Part shown: positions 37,062 to 47,619 of the stretch, piece by piece
How positions within the stretch are numbered: the first letter of the stretch is position 1
How the letters are laid out: every line of letters begins with the position of its first letter
Assembly (NCBI GenBank): GCA_021786945.1
Contig: JAJYMK010000003.1
Coordinates: 457,471-521,470, forward strand
Length of the DNA stretch: 64,000 nucleotides
Source: a bacterium
GTDB taxonomy: Bacteria; Patescibacteriota; Minisyncoccia; UBA6257; 02-FULL-45-10c
Direction: 5' to 3'
Program-made: the position numbers and the translations under genes
The notes under the pieces: model-generated
What the model was told of the DNA's origin: nothing
The model's input: only the letters and a program-made list of their open reading frames with translations
Databases searched by the model: none

Positions 37062-37979
37062 ATGAAAAAGAAATCAAAAATATTTTCAGCAATAATAATC
37101 GCGCTTGTTATAGTTGGTTTAACAATGCCTCTTTTGAATATCTTTGCTCAAGAAAATTTACAAGCTCCATTAAAAGAAGTATCCAATAAAGTTGAAGAGC
37201 TTATAGAGCTTAAAGATGACAATACCCTCTCCGATCAAGAAAAGGAACAAAAAGAAATCCAGGTAAGAAAAGAAGCATTGGAAAAAATCCTAGATCTGTC
37301 GTTGATAGAAACAAAAAATTTAACGGACAAATTAAATTCTCTTGAACTTTCATCCGATGATCAAATTGCGATAAAAGAAAAATTTATAGAAATTCTTAGT
37401 AACAACACACAATTTTCGACTGATTTAAAATCAAAAATAAATCAAGATTCTATTAATTTAGAAGGAATAAAGGCTATGGCTCAGGAATATAAAGACTGGA
37501 GAGAAGTGAATTACAATCCGTACATTAAAAAAATAACTGTTTTTATTCTCACGTTCCAAGAAAAACAAGTTTTGAAAACCGCCAACACCCGTCTCGACAA
37601 AATAATGTCTGATATAAAAAAACTTGAAGATTTGAAAATTATAAAAAAAGACGATACGTTAAAATTTATAACAAATTCTACCAAAAACCTCAGTGATGCC
37701 CAGATACTAAATAATGACGCCGAAACAAAAATAGTTTCTATAATCAAAAAAGAGATTATTGAAGCGGCCTCTACCACACCGGAAACGGTAATGGCGGTAT
37801 CCTCCCTTACTATTCAATCTACTCCATCTCCAGAAATAGCCACATCCACGATAAAAACAATATCAGATGAAGAAAGTGCCCAATCTCTTGTAGAAAATTC
37901 ATTGCAAGAAATAAAAAACGCCTACACCAACTTTATAAATATAAGTGTATTGGTAAGCCAAAAACTTAAAATAAAATAA
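37062..37979 (+). CDS. secreted coiled-coil-rich hypothetical protein
   Basis: N-terminal signal/TM (…IIIALVIVGLTMPLLNIFAQ), K/E-rich heptad-like sequence; same operon as the ECF sigma. Confidence 0.5.
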   Translation: MKKKSKIFSAIIIALVIVGLTMPLLNIFAQENLQAPLKEVSNKVEELIELKDDNTLSDQEKEQKEIQVRKEALEKILDLSLIETKNLTDKLNSLELSSDDQIAIKEKFIEILSNNTQFSTDLKSKINQDSINLEGIKAMAQEYKDWREVNYNPYIKKITVFILTFQEKQVLKTANTRLDKIMSDIKKLEDLKIIKKDDTLKFITNSTKNLSDAQILNNDAETKIVSIIKKEIIEAASTTPETVMAVSSLTIQSTPSPEIATSTIKTISDEESAQSLVENSLQEIKNAYTNFINISVLVSQKLKIK

Positions 37980-37991
37980 TCAGTAAAAATT

Positions 37992-38016
37992 AAAACCCCC
38001 TTTTAAAGGGGGTTTT
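37992..38016. terminator. bidirectional intrinsic terminator
   Basis: AAAACCCCC-TTTTAAA-GGGGGTTTT. Confidence 0.75.
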
Positions 38017-38040
38017 AATATTTTTAAAAATATCAAAAAC

Positions 38041-38316
38041 TTATTTAACAGCTTCTTTCAAAGCTTTAGCAGCTCTGAATTTTGGCTTTATAGAAGCCTT
38101 AATCTGGATCTTTTCTCCTGTCTTAGGATTAATACCAGTTCTGGCAGCACTTTTGGCAGTTTTAAAAATACCAAATCCAGCAACCGCGACTTCTTCTCCT
38201 CGGCTCAAAGCCTTTGTAATAGCTTCAAAAACCGATTCAACAGCAATAGAAGCCTGCTTTTTTGTAGAAGTCTCAGCAGCTTTCATTACTACCTCAACCA
38301 AATCTTCTTTTTTCAT
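38041..38316 (-). CDS. hup: DNA-binding protein HU
   Basis: 91 aa; GFGIFKTAKSAARTGINPKTGEKIQI arm motif of the HU/IHF family. Confidence 0.9.
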   Translation of the reverse strand: MKKEDLVEVVMKAAETSTKKQASIAVESVFEAITKALSRGEEVAVAGFGIFKTAKSAARTGINPKTGEKIQIKASIKPKFRAAKALKEAVK

Positions 38317-38388
38317 AAAATATTTTTAAGAAAATAATCGACCTTTTAACTAACTTTATAAATTATAACAAATCAAAAAAATAAAATC

Positions 38389-39909
38389 CTATCTGGCTAC
38401 TTCCACAGCTCTCATTTCCCTAATTACATTAACTTTAATTTCACCAGGATAATTCAAATCGGTCTCGATTTTCGAAGCTATATTCTTTGCAAGCTGCAAA
38501 GCTCCAAAATCATCAATTTTTTCTGGAACAACAAAAACTCTGATTTCTCTGCCGGCTGAAACAGCATAGGCATTTTTAACGCCCTCGAAAGTAGTAGCGA
38601 TTCTTTCGAGATCCTGAAGTCTTTTAATATAGTTTTCAACCGTTCCTCTTCTAGCTCCCGGCCTAGCAGCGGAAAGAATGTCGGCAGCGGCAATTATATA
38701 AGACTCGGGCGAAGAGAATGGGTATTCTTCATGATGCGATTGCATAGCAGCAATAACCTTCTCATCAACGCCGTACTTCCTAAGAAGTTTTATACCAATT
38801 TCAACATGACTCCCTTCAACTTCATGATCAATAACCTTACCCAGGTCATGAAGTAATGCGGCTTTTTTGGCCACCTCGACATTTACGCCTAATTCAGCGG
38901 CCATCATGCCGGAAATATGGGCCATTTCAATAGAATGGATCAAGACATTCTGTCCAAAACTTGATCTGAAATAAAGCCTGCCCAACAAAGTAATAATTTC
39001 CTTAGGAATACCTATTACACCAACTTCCAAAACAGCATTTTCACCTATTTCTTCAACTCTTTTATTTAATTCCTGCCTGGCTTCCTCAACCTTCTCTTCA
39101 ATTTTTGCCGGTTGAATACGCCCGTCTTTGACTAATTTCTCCAAAGCTAATCTGGCAACCTCTCTCCTAAGCGGATCAAAAGAAGAAATGACTACCGCAT
39201 CCGGAGTTTCATCAATAATAAACTCAACTCCAGTAAGTCTTTCCAGGGTCCTAATATTTCTTCCTTCCCGGCCGATAATTTTTCCTTTAAGCTCCTCGTC
39301 CGGCAATTGGAATACGCTAGTTGTAACATCAGCGACGTGAGAACGGGAATACCTCTGAATAGCGGCAGTTATAATATCCAAACTTTTCTTTTCTATCTCT
39401 TCCCTTCTGTCTTTTTCCAATTTTTGTACAGCCTTAGCCAATTCAACGCCGTGCTGCTCTTTAATTCTCTGTAAAATCTGTTTCTTGGCGTCTTCCACCG
39501 AGAGTCTGGCAACTCGTTCCAATTCCGTAAGAATTTGTTTTCTTAATTCCTCAACTTCAGCTTTTTTTGAACCAACATCGGTCATAGCTTTTTCCAAAAT
39601 TCCTTTTTGGGTAGCTATATCGGAAAACTGCTTTTCCAGTGTTTCTTCTTTTTTAATAAGCCTTTCCTCAAATTTTGTAAGCTGAGCCTTACCTTCCTTT
39701 TCTTCTTTTTTAACCTCTTCAAGCAAAAGAGCGGCCTTATCTTTAGCCTCCAAAACAATGCCCTTTGCCTGAGTTTGAGCTTCTTCGAGTTTAAGTTTTA
39801 TTTTTTCTTCCGCAGAACTTACCTGTCTAGATACTATTAAGTGTCGGACTAAGTAGCCCAAAACCCCCGCTATGGCCAAAGAAAGCCAAAAAAATGGATT
39901 CAAAAACAT
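38389..39909 (-). CDS. rny: ribonuclease Y
   Basis: N-terminal TM anchor, coiled-coil, KH domain (…GKIIGREGRNIRTLERLTGV…), HD domain (…HSIEMAHISGMMAAELG…LLHDLGK…). Confidence 0.9.
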   Translation of the reverse strand: MFLNPFFWLSLAIAGVLGYLVRHLIVSRQVSSAEEKIKLKLEEAQTQAKGIVLEAKDKAALLLEEVKKEEKEGKAQLTKFEERLIKKEETLEKQFSDIATQKGILEKAMTDVGSKKAEVEELRKQILTELERVARLSVEDAKKQILQRIKEQHGVELAKAVQKLEKDRREEIEKKSLDIITAAIQRYSRSHVADVTTSVFQLPDEELKGKIIGREGRNIRTLERLTGVEFIIDETPDAVVISSFDPLRREVARLALEKLVKDGRIQPAKIEEKVEEARQELNKRVEEIGENAVLEVGVIGIPKEIITLLGRLYFRSSFGQNVLIHSIEMAHISGMMAAELGVNVEVAKKAALLHDLGKVIDHEVEGSHVEIGIKLLRKYGVDEKVIAAMQSHHEEYPFSSPESYIIAAADILSAARPGARRGTVENYIKRLQDLERIATTFEGVKNAYAVSAGREIRVFVVPEKIDDFGALQLAKNIASKIETDLNYPGEIKVNVIREMRAVEVAR

Positions 39910-40045
39910 ATATTTTGTTATTCGCCCAATATTTCATTAAAAGCGAAAAATTAATTTATTATTTAGAAACTCCGTCCGTTTTCCGGTAGAGTCAATTTAC
40001 GATATTTGTATTATAATTAACAAATATAAGTGAGTCAATCAAAAA

Positions 40046-41596
40046 ATGAGACGACAAATCGTATTAGCCATTCTTGACGGCTGGGGTATAGGAAAAAAAG
40101 ACGGATCAAATCCTATTCATATACAAGGAACTCCAAATATAGATTATATTAAAAGCCATTTTCCAAGCGGTGCGCTTCAAGCTTCGGGAATCGGAATAGG
40201 ATTACCATGGAATGAAGAAGGTAATAGTGAAGTTGGCCACCTTACCATAGGCGCCGGAAAAGTTATTTTCCAACACTACCCAAGAATAAGTATGTCTATA
40301 AGAGATGGTTCTTTTTATAAAAATAAAACCCTGCTCGATCTCGCTAATCATGTAAAAAATAACAGCGGCGCCCTAAATATTGCAGGACTTTTAACCGACG
40401 CCAACATCCATGCTTCCCTGGAACATCTTTTGGCGGTGGTAGATTTTGCCAAAAAAAATAATATTCCAAAGATAAATCTTCACTTGTATACTGACGGAAA
40501 AGACAGCCCATTAAAGTCGGCAGGCGGACTGCTTTCAAAAGTGGAAGCCGTTCTGTCCCCGACCGTCAAAATAGCCAGCTTAAGCGGACGATACTATGCC
40601 CTGGACAGAGACAAACACTGGGACCGCACTCAAAAAGCCTACAATGCTCTGACTGGAACAGCTCCGATAACCGATGACTATAAAGAACTCATAGAAAAAA
40701 ATTACGCTAAAAATCTTAGCGATGAATTTATCGAACCCCATCTTATCGGGCCCGAAAATAATGGCATCAAAGACGGAGACGGTTTGATTTTTATTGATTT
40801 TAGAGAAGATAGTATAAGACAGTTGGTGGAATCTTTTATAAATCCTGATTTTTCGAATTTCCCGGTTAAAAAATTCACTAATCTATTTATCGTCACTATG
40901 ACCGAGTATTCCCCAAGATTCAATTTGCCGGTTGTTTCCCCTCAAGAAAAAGTAGAAAATCCGCTGGGAAAAATAATTTCCGACAATGGTAAATCCCAAC
41001 TGAGAATAGCTGAGACTGACAAGTATGCCCATGTAACATACTTCTTCAACGGACTAAATGAAAAACCTTACGATAATGAATTTAGGATATTAGTCCCTTC
41101 AAAAAACGTCGTAAGGCATGACGAAGCCCCAGAAATGATGGCCGCCGAAATAACCAACCGGGTTATACAAGCATTAGACGAAAATTCTTTCGATTTTATT
41201 TTAATAAACTATGCCAATGCAGATATTATCGGCCACACGGGCAATTTTGACGCAGGAATGATAGCCGTAAAAACAATTGATGAGGAAATCGGCAAGCTTT
41301 CCCGTAAAATATTGGAAGACGACGACATCCTTATAATTACCGCCGATCACGGAAATGTAGAAAAAATGATGGATCCGCTTACGGCAAAACCAACAACTGG
41401 TCACGATGCCTCTCCTGTTCCTGTTTATATAGTAGCTAAAGAATTTTTCAGAAATAAATCTAAAGAAGAAGTAGAGGGCTCGGAAGCCGAAACAATTGGA
41501 ATACTTTGCGACATAGCTCCGACAATTTTAAGCCTCATGAATATTGCTAAGCCGAAAGACATGACTGGGCAAAATCTTCTACCTATTTTAAGATAA
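40046..41596 (+). CDS. gpmI: 2,3-bisphosphoglycerate-independent phosphoglycerate mutase
   Basis: N-terminal LAILDGWG, catalytic Ser region GNSEVGHLTIGAG, C-terminal TADHGN metal-binding motif; 516 aa. Confidence 0.9.
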   Translation: MRRQIVLAILDGWGIGKKDGSNPIHIQGTPNIDYIKSHFPSGALQASGIGIGLPWNEEGNSEVGHLTIGAGKVIFQHYPRISMSIRDGSFYKNKTLLDLANHVKNNSGALNIAGLLTDANIHASLEHLLAVVDFAKKNNIPKINLHLYTDGKDSPLKSAGGLLSKVEAVLSPTVKIASLSGRYYALDRDKHWDRTQKAYNALTGTAPITDDYKELIEKNYAKNLSDEFIEPHLIGPENNGIKDGDGLIFIDFREDSIRQLVESFINPDFSNFPVKKFTNLFIVTMTEYSPRFNLPVVSPQEKVENPLGKIISDNGKSQLRIAETDKYAHVTYFFNGLNEKPYDNEFRILVPSKNVVRHDEAPEMMAAEITNRVIQALDENSFDFILINYANADIIGHTGNFDAGMIAVKTIDEEIGKLSRKILEDDDILIITADHGNVEKMMDPLTAKPTTGHDASPVPVYIVAKEFFRNKSKEEVEGSEAETIGILCDIAPTILSLMNIAKPKDMTGQNLLPILR

Positions 41597-41686
41597 TTTT
41601 TTAAAAAAAATATTTATTTCCCCGTATTTTCGGGTTAATTTTTCTTCCTATTGCCAACCTCCTTAAAAAATGATTAAAATAGAAAT

Positions 41687-42130
41687 ATGAACGAACACTT
41701 TAAATTCAATCCAGACGATATAATAAAAAAGGCTAATGAAAATAAAGATAAATTAACCGGTAAAAAAGAGGTTGGGGGGGATATAGAAAAACACCCAATG
41801 GATCAGCTGGATATTTTAGTCGCAGAAATAAATCAGGATAATAAACTCGAAACTATCAAAAAAATAAAGAGCATTATAAATAGACACTCTGAGCTAATCG
41901 AGGATTTGATGGAAAATATAGATACCCAGAAAGGAATCGCTAATTCCCATCTTAAAAAATGCGAAGAAATACAAGATAAAAATAAAGAGGCGCGTAAAAA
42001 AGATGCTTCTTATAATATAGATAATGACGAAAATTTAAAGGAACTGATTAAATGGGAAGATAAATCTAAAGCTCTGGTTTCTTTGATTAAGGCAATTAAT
42101 GGTCAAGAGGAATCGGGAGACGAAGAATAA
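41687..42130 (+). CDS. hypothetical coiled-coil protein (147 aa)
   Basis: ORF only; K/E/D-rich. Confidence 0.45.
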   Translation: MNEHFKFNPDDIIKKANENKDKLTGKKEVGGDIEKHPMDQLDILVAEINQDNKLETIKKIKSIINRHSELIEDLMENIDTQKGIANSHLKKCEEIQDKNKEARKKDASYNIDNDENLKELIKWEDKSKALVSLIKAINGQEESGDEE

Positions 42131-42137
42131 TAAATAA

Positions 42138-42503
42138 ATGAAATTTTTATCAAGAATTGTATTTTATTTCTTGGTCAATCTCGTGGCGCTTATCACAGCC
42201 GCCCAATTTGTAACCGGTTTTTCGATAAATAATAATATCGAAAATATCTTGATACTTACCGGAATTTTTACGGCCATAAATCTTCTTATAAAACCACTGT
42301 TAAAAATAATTTTCACTCCTTTTATAATGCTGTCCCTGGGCTTGTTTAGTCTGGTAATTAATGCTATAATGTTAAAACTTCTTGATATCTGGTCGGTAAA
42401 CGTGACCATATCCGGAATTCAGGCTTTGGTATACTCCACACTTTTAATAACCGGAGTAAACCTAATCCTTACATTTGTAGCTAAATCATCATTTAAAGAA
42501 TAA
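42138..42503 (+). CDS. DUF360 / phage-holin-4_2 family membrane protein
   Basis: 4 TM helices; LVNLVALITAAQFVTGFSI...LLIKPLLKIIFTPFIMLSLGLFSLVINAIML pattern matches DUF360. Confidence 0.5.
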   Translation: MKFLSRIVFYFLVNLVALITAAQFVTGFSINNNIENILILTGIFTAINLLIKPLLKIIFTPFIMLSLGLFSLVINAIMLKLLDIWSVNVTISGIQALVYSTLLITGVNLILTFVAKSSFKE

Positions 42504-42728
42504 ATGTCTACTCTATCCATAATTCAAATAGTTATTTCGGCACTACTCATTATAGCTATAGTTCTTCAAGATAGGTCCTCTGGCTTGTCAGGAGTTTTTG
42601 GAGGAAATAGCGAGTTTTATCATACCCGAAGAGGATTGGAAAGGATAATTTTTTGGAGTTCCGTTGTTTTATCAATCGCTTTTGCAGCTATTTCGCTCTA
42701 TTCTGGCATTTTAATGCCTAAGGCTTAA
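42504..42728 (+). CDS. secG: preprotein translocase subunit SecG
   Basis: 74 aa, two TM helices with Gly-rich loop (LQDRSSGLSGVFGGNSEFYHTRRGLER) typical of SecG. Confidence 0.6.
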   Translation: MSTLSIIQIVISALLIIAIVLQDRSSGLSGVFGGNSEFYHTRRGLERIIFWSSVVLSIAFAAISLYSGILMPKA

Positions 42729-42774
42729 AATTTTTAAAAGCTTTTAAAAATTAAAGCGAAAAATTTCTTTTTAA

Positions 42775-44433
42775 TTGTTTTTTATGTTTTTTTATCAAAT
42801 TCTTAAGTCTTTTACCGAAAAAGAAAAAAAGTTGGCTATAATAAGCCTTTCTATTTTTTTGCTTTCGTCTATTTTATGGATAGCAAATTTTATAAATACC
42901 AACACCGTAGCTGTTCCCGCGGAAAGCAGTAATTATACTGAGGGCGTAATAGGTCAGCCCAAATTTATAAACCCAGTTATTGCAAATTCCGATATAGACC
43001 GAGATCTTTCCAGAATACTATACAGCAGTTTAGCCGATCTAATGGATCATTACACAATCGCTGATGACGGAAAAACCTGGGATGTATTCCTTAAATCCGA
43101 TTTATTATGGAGCGACAATAGCCCGCTAACCAGCGATGATGTGGTATTTACGGTTGAGACAATCCAAGACTCCGAAGCCAGATCTCCTTTGTTCACCACT
43201 TGGCAGGGAATTATAGTAAATAGAATAAGTGAGTTAGAAATAGAATTTAATCTAAGAAACCCGTATGCTTTTTTTCCGGACAATTTAAACGAGCTCAAAA
43301 TAATACCTAAACATATATTCGGAAATATACCGGCCGCAAATCTTAAGCTCTCCGGCTATAATCTAGAACCAGTCGGAAGCGGACCTTATAAATATTCAAA
43401 CTACAGCCTCAGAAAAGACGGCTTCATCACCCAATATACCTTTACAATAAATCCGGAATATTCCGGTAAAAAACCGTTTATTAAAAATATTTCAATAAAT
43501 TTTTATCAAGGCCAAGATGAATTAATAAATGCATTCAATTCTAGGAAAATTGATGGTTTCGGCAATTTAAATCCGATAAATGCCGACAAAATAAAAATTT
43601 CTCATAAAATTACCGAGCTTAAAATGCCTAGGTATTATGCAATTTTCATCAATCAAAATACAAATGAAGCCCTCAAGGACATCAATGTCAGAAATGCACT
43701 GAACATCTCTATAGACAAAAATAAATTAATAAACGATATCTTTAATGGAAAAGCTGAAATTGTTAATCAGCCGATTACCTCAACAATAGATGGCTTCGAT
43801 AGTCAGGTAGGAGTCGTAAATTTTTCCACGGAAAATGCTTCGGAACTATTGGAAAAAAACGGATGGAAACTAAATCCGGATACCGCGATCAGAGAAAAAA
43901 AAGTGGGTAAAAATATAATTAAATTAGAGCTTCAGCTTATTGTGCCGCAAATTCAATTTTTAACTGATACGGCCGAAAAAATAAAAACAGATTGGGAAAA
44001 AATCGGGGTAAAATTAGAAATAATAAAATTGAATCCTAGTGATATAACAGAAGATGTAATAAAGAGCAGGAACTACCAAATGCTTCTTTTTGGAAATATA
44101 CTCAGAAATAATCCCGATATTTTCTCTTTTTGGCATTCTTCGGAAAAATTCTATCCAGGACTCAATCTCTCCTTATATCAAAACAAAGAAGTGGACGATT
44201 TGATAGAATCAATAAGAAAGGAGGTTGACCCAGAAAAACGAAAGATTAGCGTACAAAAACTTCAGACAACAATAACATCAGACACGCCTGCACTATTTCT
44301 CTTTTCTCCTTATTATCTCTATGTTTCGAATAAAAATTTCGGCGGATTAGATGGCAAGGTTCTGATAACTCCATCCGACAGATTTAATAACATTAACGAA
44401 TGGTACTTACAAACAAGTAGGGCGCTTAAGTAA
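42775..44433 (+). CDS. ABC transporter substrate-binding protein, family 5 (peptide/nickel, OppA/DppA-like)
   Basis: N-terminal signal-anchor, 552 aa, C-terminal region (…TSDTPALFLFSPYYLYVSNKNFGG…) typical of SBP_bac_5. Confidence 0.65.
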   Translation: MFFMFFYQILKSFTEKEKKLAIISLSIFLLSSILWIANFINTNTVAVPAESSNYTEGVIGQPKFINPVIANSDIDRDLSRILYSSLADLMDHYTIADDGKTWDVFLKSDLLWSDNSPLTSDDVVFTVETIQDSEARSPLFTTWQGIIVNRISELEIEFNLRNPYAFFPDNLNELKIIPKHIFGNIPAANLKLSGYNLEPVGSGPYKYSNYSLRKDGFITQYTFTINPEYSGKKPFIKNISINFYQGQDELINAFNSRKIDGFGNLNPINADKIKISHKITELKMPRYYAIFINQNTNEALKDINVRNALNISIDKNKLINDIFNGKAEIVNQPITSTIDGFDSQVGVVNFSTENASELLEKNGWKLNPDTAIREKKVGKNIIKLELQLIVPQIQFLTDTAEKIKTDWEKIGVKLEIIKLNPSDITEDVIKSRNYQMLLFGNILRNNPDIFSFWHSSEKFYPGLNLSLYQNKEVDDLIESIRKEVDPEKRKISVQKLQTTITSDTPALFLFSPYYLYVSNKNFGGLDGKVLITPSDRFNNINEWYLQTSRALK

Positions 44434-45384
44434 ATGGAAAACTTCGAAAAAACAATTAAAGATTTTAGTAAACAATTGTCCTCAAAAAACATCTTCTTTT
44501 TAAACTCTGAAAATATAAAAAATACAGAAAAAATTGATGCAATAGTATTAATAGGTATGGGCGGTTCGGGACAAGTTGGAGACATAATTCTGAATTTGAA
44601 ATCAGAATTAGGAATTAAAATCCCCGTTCTGGTATGGAAAGATTGGGGTCTCCCAACAATAAAATACAAAAATCCATTATATATATTCATTTCTTTTTCC
44701 GGAAATACAGAAGAGACAATAAGCGGAATAAGTAATGCAAAAAATAAGGCGCTGGTAGCTTCTGGCGGAAAGATTATGCAAATCGCCAAAAAACAAAAAC
44801 TTCCTATCGCCTATTTTTCTAATAACGAAATAAAACCTAGACAAGCCGGAGGTATATTATTTTTTGCCGTTACCAGTTTACTAAAAAAATATTTTCCGGA
44901 AATAAAAATAAACAATCTAGAAATAAAAAATTGGGAAAAACGTGGTAAGTCCATAGCCCAAAAAATAAAAAATAAAATTGCACTCCTCTATAGTTCTTCA
45001 GAAAATTATTATTTAGCTTACAATTGGAAAACCAGACTAAACGAAACGTCTAAGACTCCGGCTTTCAGCGGAATAATTCCGGAAATTTGCCATAATGAAA
45101 TAGAAATATTTGAAAATAACGGATTTAAAAAACAATCAATTGTAATTTTATTTGAAGATAAAAATGACAGACAAGAAATAAAAAAGCGGATGGAAAAAGT
45201 TAAAAAAATATTTACCGCAAAAAAAATAAATTTCTTGATAATAAAAACTGAGAGTAGGGATAAGTCTGAAAATGCTTTTAATTCTCTTGTTTTAGCAGAT
45301 TGGGTAAGCTATTATCTGGCAAAAGGACAGAAAATAAATCCAGCTCAAACAAAGCTGATAGATGCCCTTAAGAAATTGAGATAA
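44434..45384 (+). CDS. SIS-domain protein, bifunctional phosphoglucose/phosphomannose isomerase-like
   Basis: IDAIVLIGMGGSGQVGD (SIS phosphosugar-binding loop), ~316 aa like archaeal-type PGI/PMI. Confidence 0.5.
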   Translation: MENFEKTIKDFSKQLSSKNIFFLNSENIKNTEKIDAIVLIGMGGSGQVGDIILNLKSELGIKIPVLVWKDWGLPTIKYKNPLYIFISFSGNTEETISGISNAKNKALVASGGKIMQIAKKQKLPIAYFSNNEIKPRQAGGILFFAVTSLLKKYFPEIKINNLEIKNWEKRGKSIAQKIKNKIALLYSSSENYYLAYNWKTRLNETSKTPAFSGIIPEICHNEIEIFENNGFKKQSIVILFEDKNDRQEIKKRMEKVKKIFTAKKINFLIIKTESRDKSENAFNSLVLADWVSYYLAKGQKINPAQTKLIDALKKLR

Positions 45385-45389
45385 ATTTC

Positions 45390-45473
45390 GTCGAGGTGGC
45401 GGAACTGGCAGACGCACTGGTTTCAGGTACCAGCGGTCGCAAGACCATAGGAGTTCAAATCTCCTCCTCGACA
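45390..45473 (+). tRNA. tRNA-Leu (anticodon CAG)
   Basis: Acceptor GTCGAGG/CCTCGAC, anticodon stem-loop CTGGT-UUCAGGU-ACCAG, long variable arm, T-arm AGGAGTTCAAATCTCCT. Confidence 0.85.
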
Positions 45474-45540
45474 CAACAATAAAGTCGAAACTTTTTTGTA
45501 AATTAAAATTAAATATTAAATTTTATAATTAAAAAACATT

Positions 45541-47259
45541 ATGTTTAAAAAAACGAGTGTTAAAAGGGTTAATCACAAAAAACCCTCTACTCAAGAACCC
45601 GTCGTAAGGTTTTGTCCTTTAGGCGGATTCGAAGAAATAGGAAGAAACTGTTCTTTCTATGAATATAAAAACGAAATAATAGTCGTCGATCTTGGAATTC
45701 AGTTTCCGGAAGAAGAAACTCCCGGAATAGACTATATTATTCCGAACGTTTCCTATTTGGAACCGAAAAAGAAGAATATAAAAGGAATAATACTGACTCA
45801 TGGACACTATGATCATATCTACGCTCTTCCCTATCTCATAGAGAAACTTGGAAATCCGATTATATACACCGCTCCGCTCACTAAAGCCATTGTAGAGAAA
45901 AGAATGGAAGAATTCCCGAATATGCCCAAGCCGAGGTTCCAGGTTGTTAAGGAAGGCGATAAACTAACTCTTTCCGAAAACTTCCAGGCAGAATTCTTCG
46001 ATATCGGGCACACTATTCCTGATGGAATCGGCTTTGTCTTAACTACCCCGGTAGGAAAAATGGTCAGCTTTGGCGATTTCAGAGTTGAACGCGATAAACA
46101 CGGTAATCCTATTCACACAAAATCATTCGAAAAACTAAACCGCACAGAAATTCATACGGCTTTTATCGATAGTACCAGCGCTGATATCGAGGGCGCATCA
46201 ATTTCGGAAGATACGGTAAAAGACAACATAGAAGACTTACTCAAAAAAGCCGAGGGACGCGTGATTATAGCAACCTTTGCCTCCCTCTTAACCCGTATTG
46301 CCGCTATTTTTGAAATTGCTGACAGGCTTGGAAAAAAAGTAGCACTTAACGGAAGATCTATGAAAAATAATGTGCAGATCGCCAAAACTCTTGGTTATAT
46401 CAAAAATCCAAAAGGATTGGAAATTTCCATGGATGAAGTTTCCAAATTTAAAGACGACAAAGTAATTATCCTTACAACCGGCGGACAGGGCGAACCAAAC
46501 GCTGGCCTTACAAGAATAGCCAACGGAGAACACAAAAGTGTTAGATTAAAACCAACCGATTCGGTTATATTCTCGTCTTCCGTGGTTCCTGGCAACGAAA
46601 GAAGCGTCCAAATTCTTCAGGATAATATTTCTAGGCAAGTTGATGAAATTTACAATTATGAATTCTTAGACATTCACGCCGGGGGACACTCCCACAAAGA
46701 AGACATAAAACTTGTCATAAAAATGCTGGCAAAAACTAAATTCATACTTCCTATTCACGGTTATTATTACAAGAGAAAGTCTTTGGCTAAAACAGCCATA
46801 AGCCTGGGGGTACCAAAAAATAACACCTTTCTTATCGACAACGGACAGGTCTGTGAACTAACAAAAAATGGTTTTAGGGTAACCTCAGAAAAAGTTCCGG
46901 CAAATTACGTCATGGTTGACGGACTTGGCGTCGGAGATGTCGAAGAAGTTGTTTTGAGAGACAGAATAATGCTTTCCGAGGAAGGCATGGTTGTGGTTAT
47001 CGCCACCATAGACAGAAAAACCGGAAAAATAATAAAAAATCCGGATATAATCTCTAGAGGTTTTATTTATCTTAAAGAAAACAAAACTCTTTTAGACGAC
47101 ATTCGTACCAAATTAAGAAATATTTTAACCAGAATACCGTTTAACCAAAAACCCGATCCTGATTACATAAAAGGACTGTTAAGAGATCAGATTGGCCAAT
47201 TAATCTACATAAAAACAAAGAGGAGGCCAATGATCCTGCCAGTTTTGATAGAGATATAA
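45541..47259 (+). CDS. rnj: ribonuclease J
   Basis: Metallo-beta-lactamase motif ILTHGHYDHI, beta-CASP and C-terminal domain, 572 aa. Confidence 0.9.
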   Translation: MFKKTSVKRVNHKKPSTQEPVVRFCPLGGFEEIGRNCSFYEYKNEIIVVDLGIQFPEEETPGIDYIIPNVSYLEPKKKNIKGIILTHGHYDHIYALPYLIEKLGNPIIYTAPLTKAIVEKRMEEFPNMPKPRFQVVKEGDKLTLSENFQAEFFDIGHTIPDGIGFVLTTPVGKMVSFGDFRVERDKHGNPIHTKSFEKLNRTEIHTAFIDSTSADIEGASISEDTVKDNIEDLLKKAEGRVIIATFASLLTRIAAIFEIADRLGKKVALNGRSMKNNVQIAKTLGYIKNPKGLEISMDEVSKFKDDKVIILTTGGQGEPNAGLTRIANGEHKSVRLKPTDSVIFSSSVVPGNERSVQILQDNISRQVDEIYNYEFLDIHAGGHSHKEDIKLVIKMLAKTKFILPIHGYYYKRKSLAKTAISLGVPKNNTFLIDNGQVCELTKNGFRVTSEKVPANYVMVDGLGVGDVEEVVLRDRIMLSEEGMVVVIATIDRKTGKIIKNPDIISRGFIYLKENKTLLDDIRTKLRNILTRIPFNQKPDPDYIKGLLRDQIGQLIYIKTKRRPMILPVLIEI

Positions 47260-47262
47260 GAA

Positions 47263-47287
47263 AAAGCCCCGGCATTGCCGGGGCTTT
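47263..47287. terminator. bidirectional intrinsic terminator
   Basis: AAAGCCCCGGC-ATT-GCCGGGGCTTT. Confidence 0.75.
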
Positions 47288-47291
47288 AATT

Positions 47292-47537
47292 TTATCTGAC
47301 TTTTTTCAGTCCTGTTTTTATCTTTTTCAGAGTGGAAATAACCGCTTCGTCCATGTCTTTGGTTCCCGTGCCTTCGGCAAGCATCCCGTCGCAGATAGGC
47401 TCATGGACGAAAACTCTTATTATGTTTCCGCCCTCTATCTTTTTTACAAGGGCGTATTGTATTTTTCCGTCGGCGGAACAAATGATTGCTCCGTCTTTTT
47501 TGGTTTTTATACTAAACCACCTTTTTCTGTTTTTCAT
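47292..47537 (-). CDS. hypothetical small protein (81 aa)
   Basis: ORF only. Confidence 0.4.
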   Translation of the reverse strand: MKNRKRWFSIKTKKDGAIICSADGKIQYALVKKIEGGNIIRVFVHEPICDGMLAEGTGTKDMDEAVISTLKKIKTGLKKVR

Positions 47538-47619
47538 TTATCCCCTCTCTTTTATATTAAAAAACGAGCTACCTAGAAGATACACTAGACGGCTCATTTT
47601 AGTCAATCCAAAAATGTTT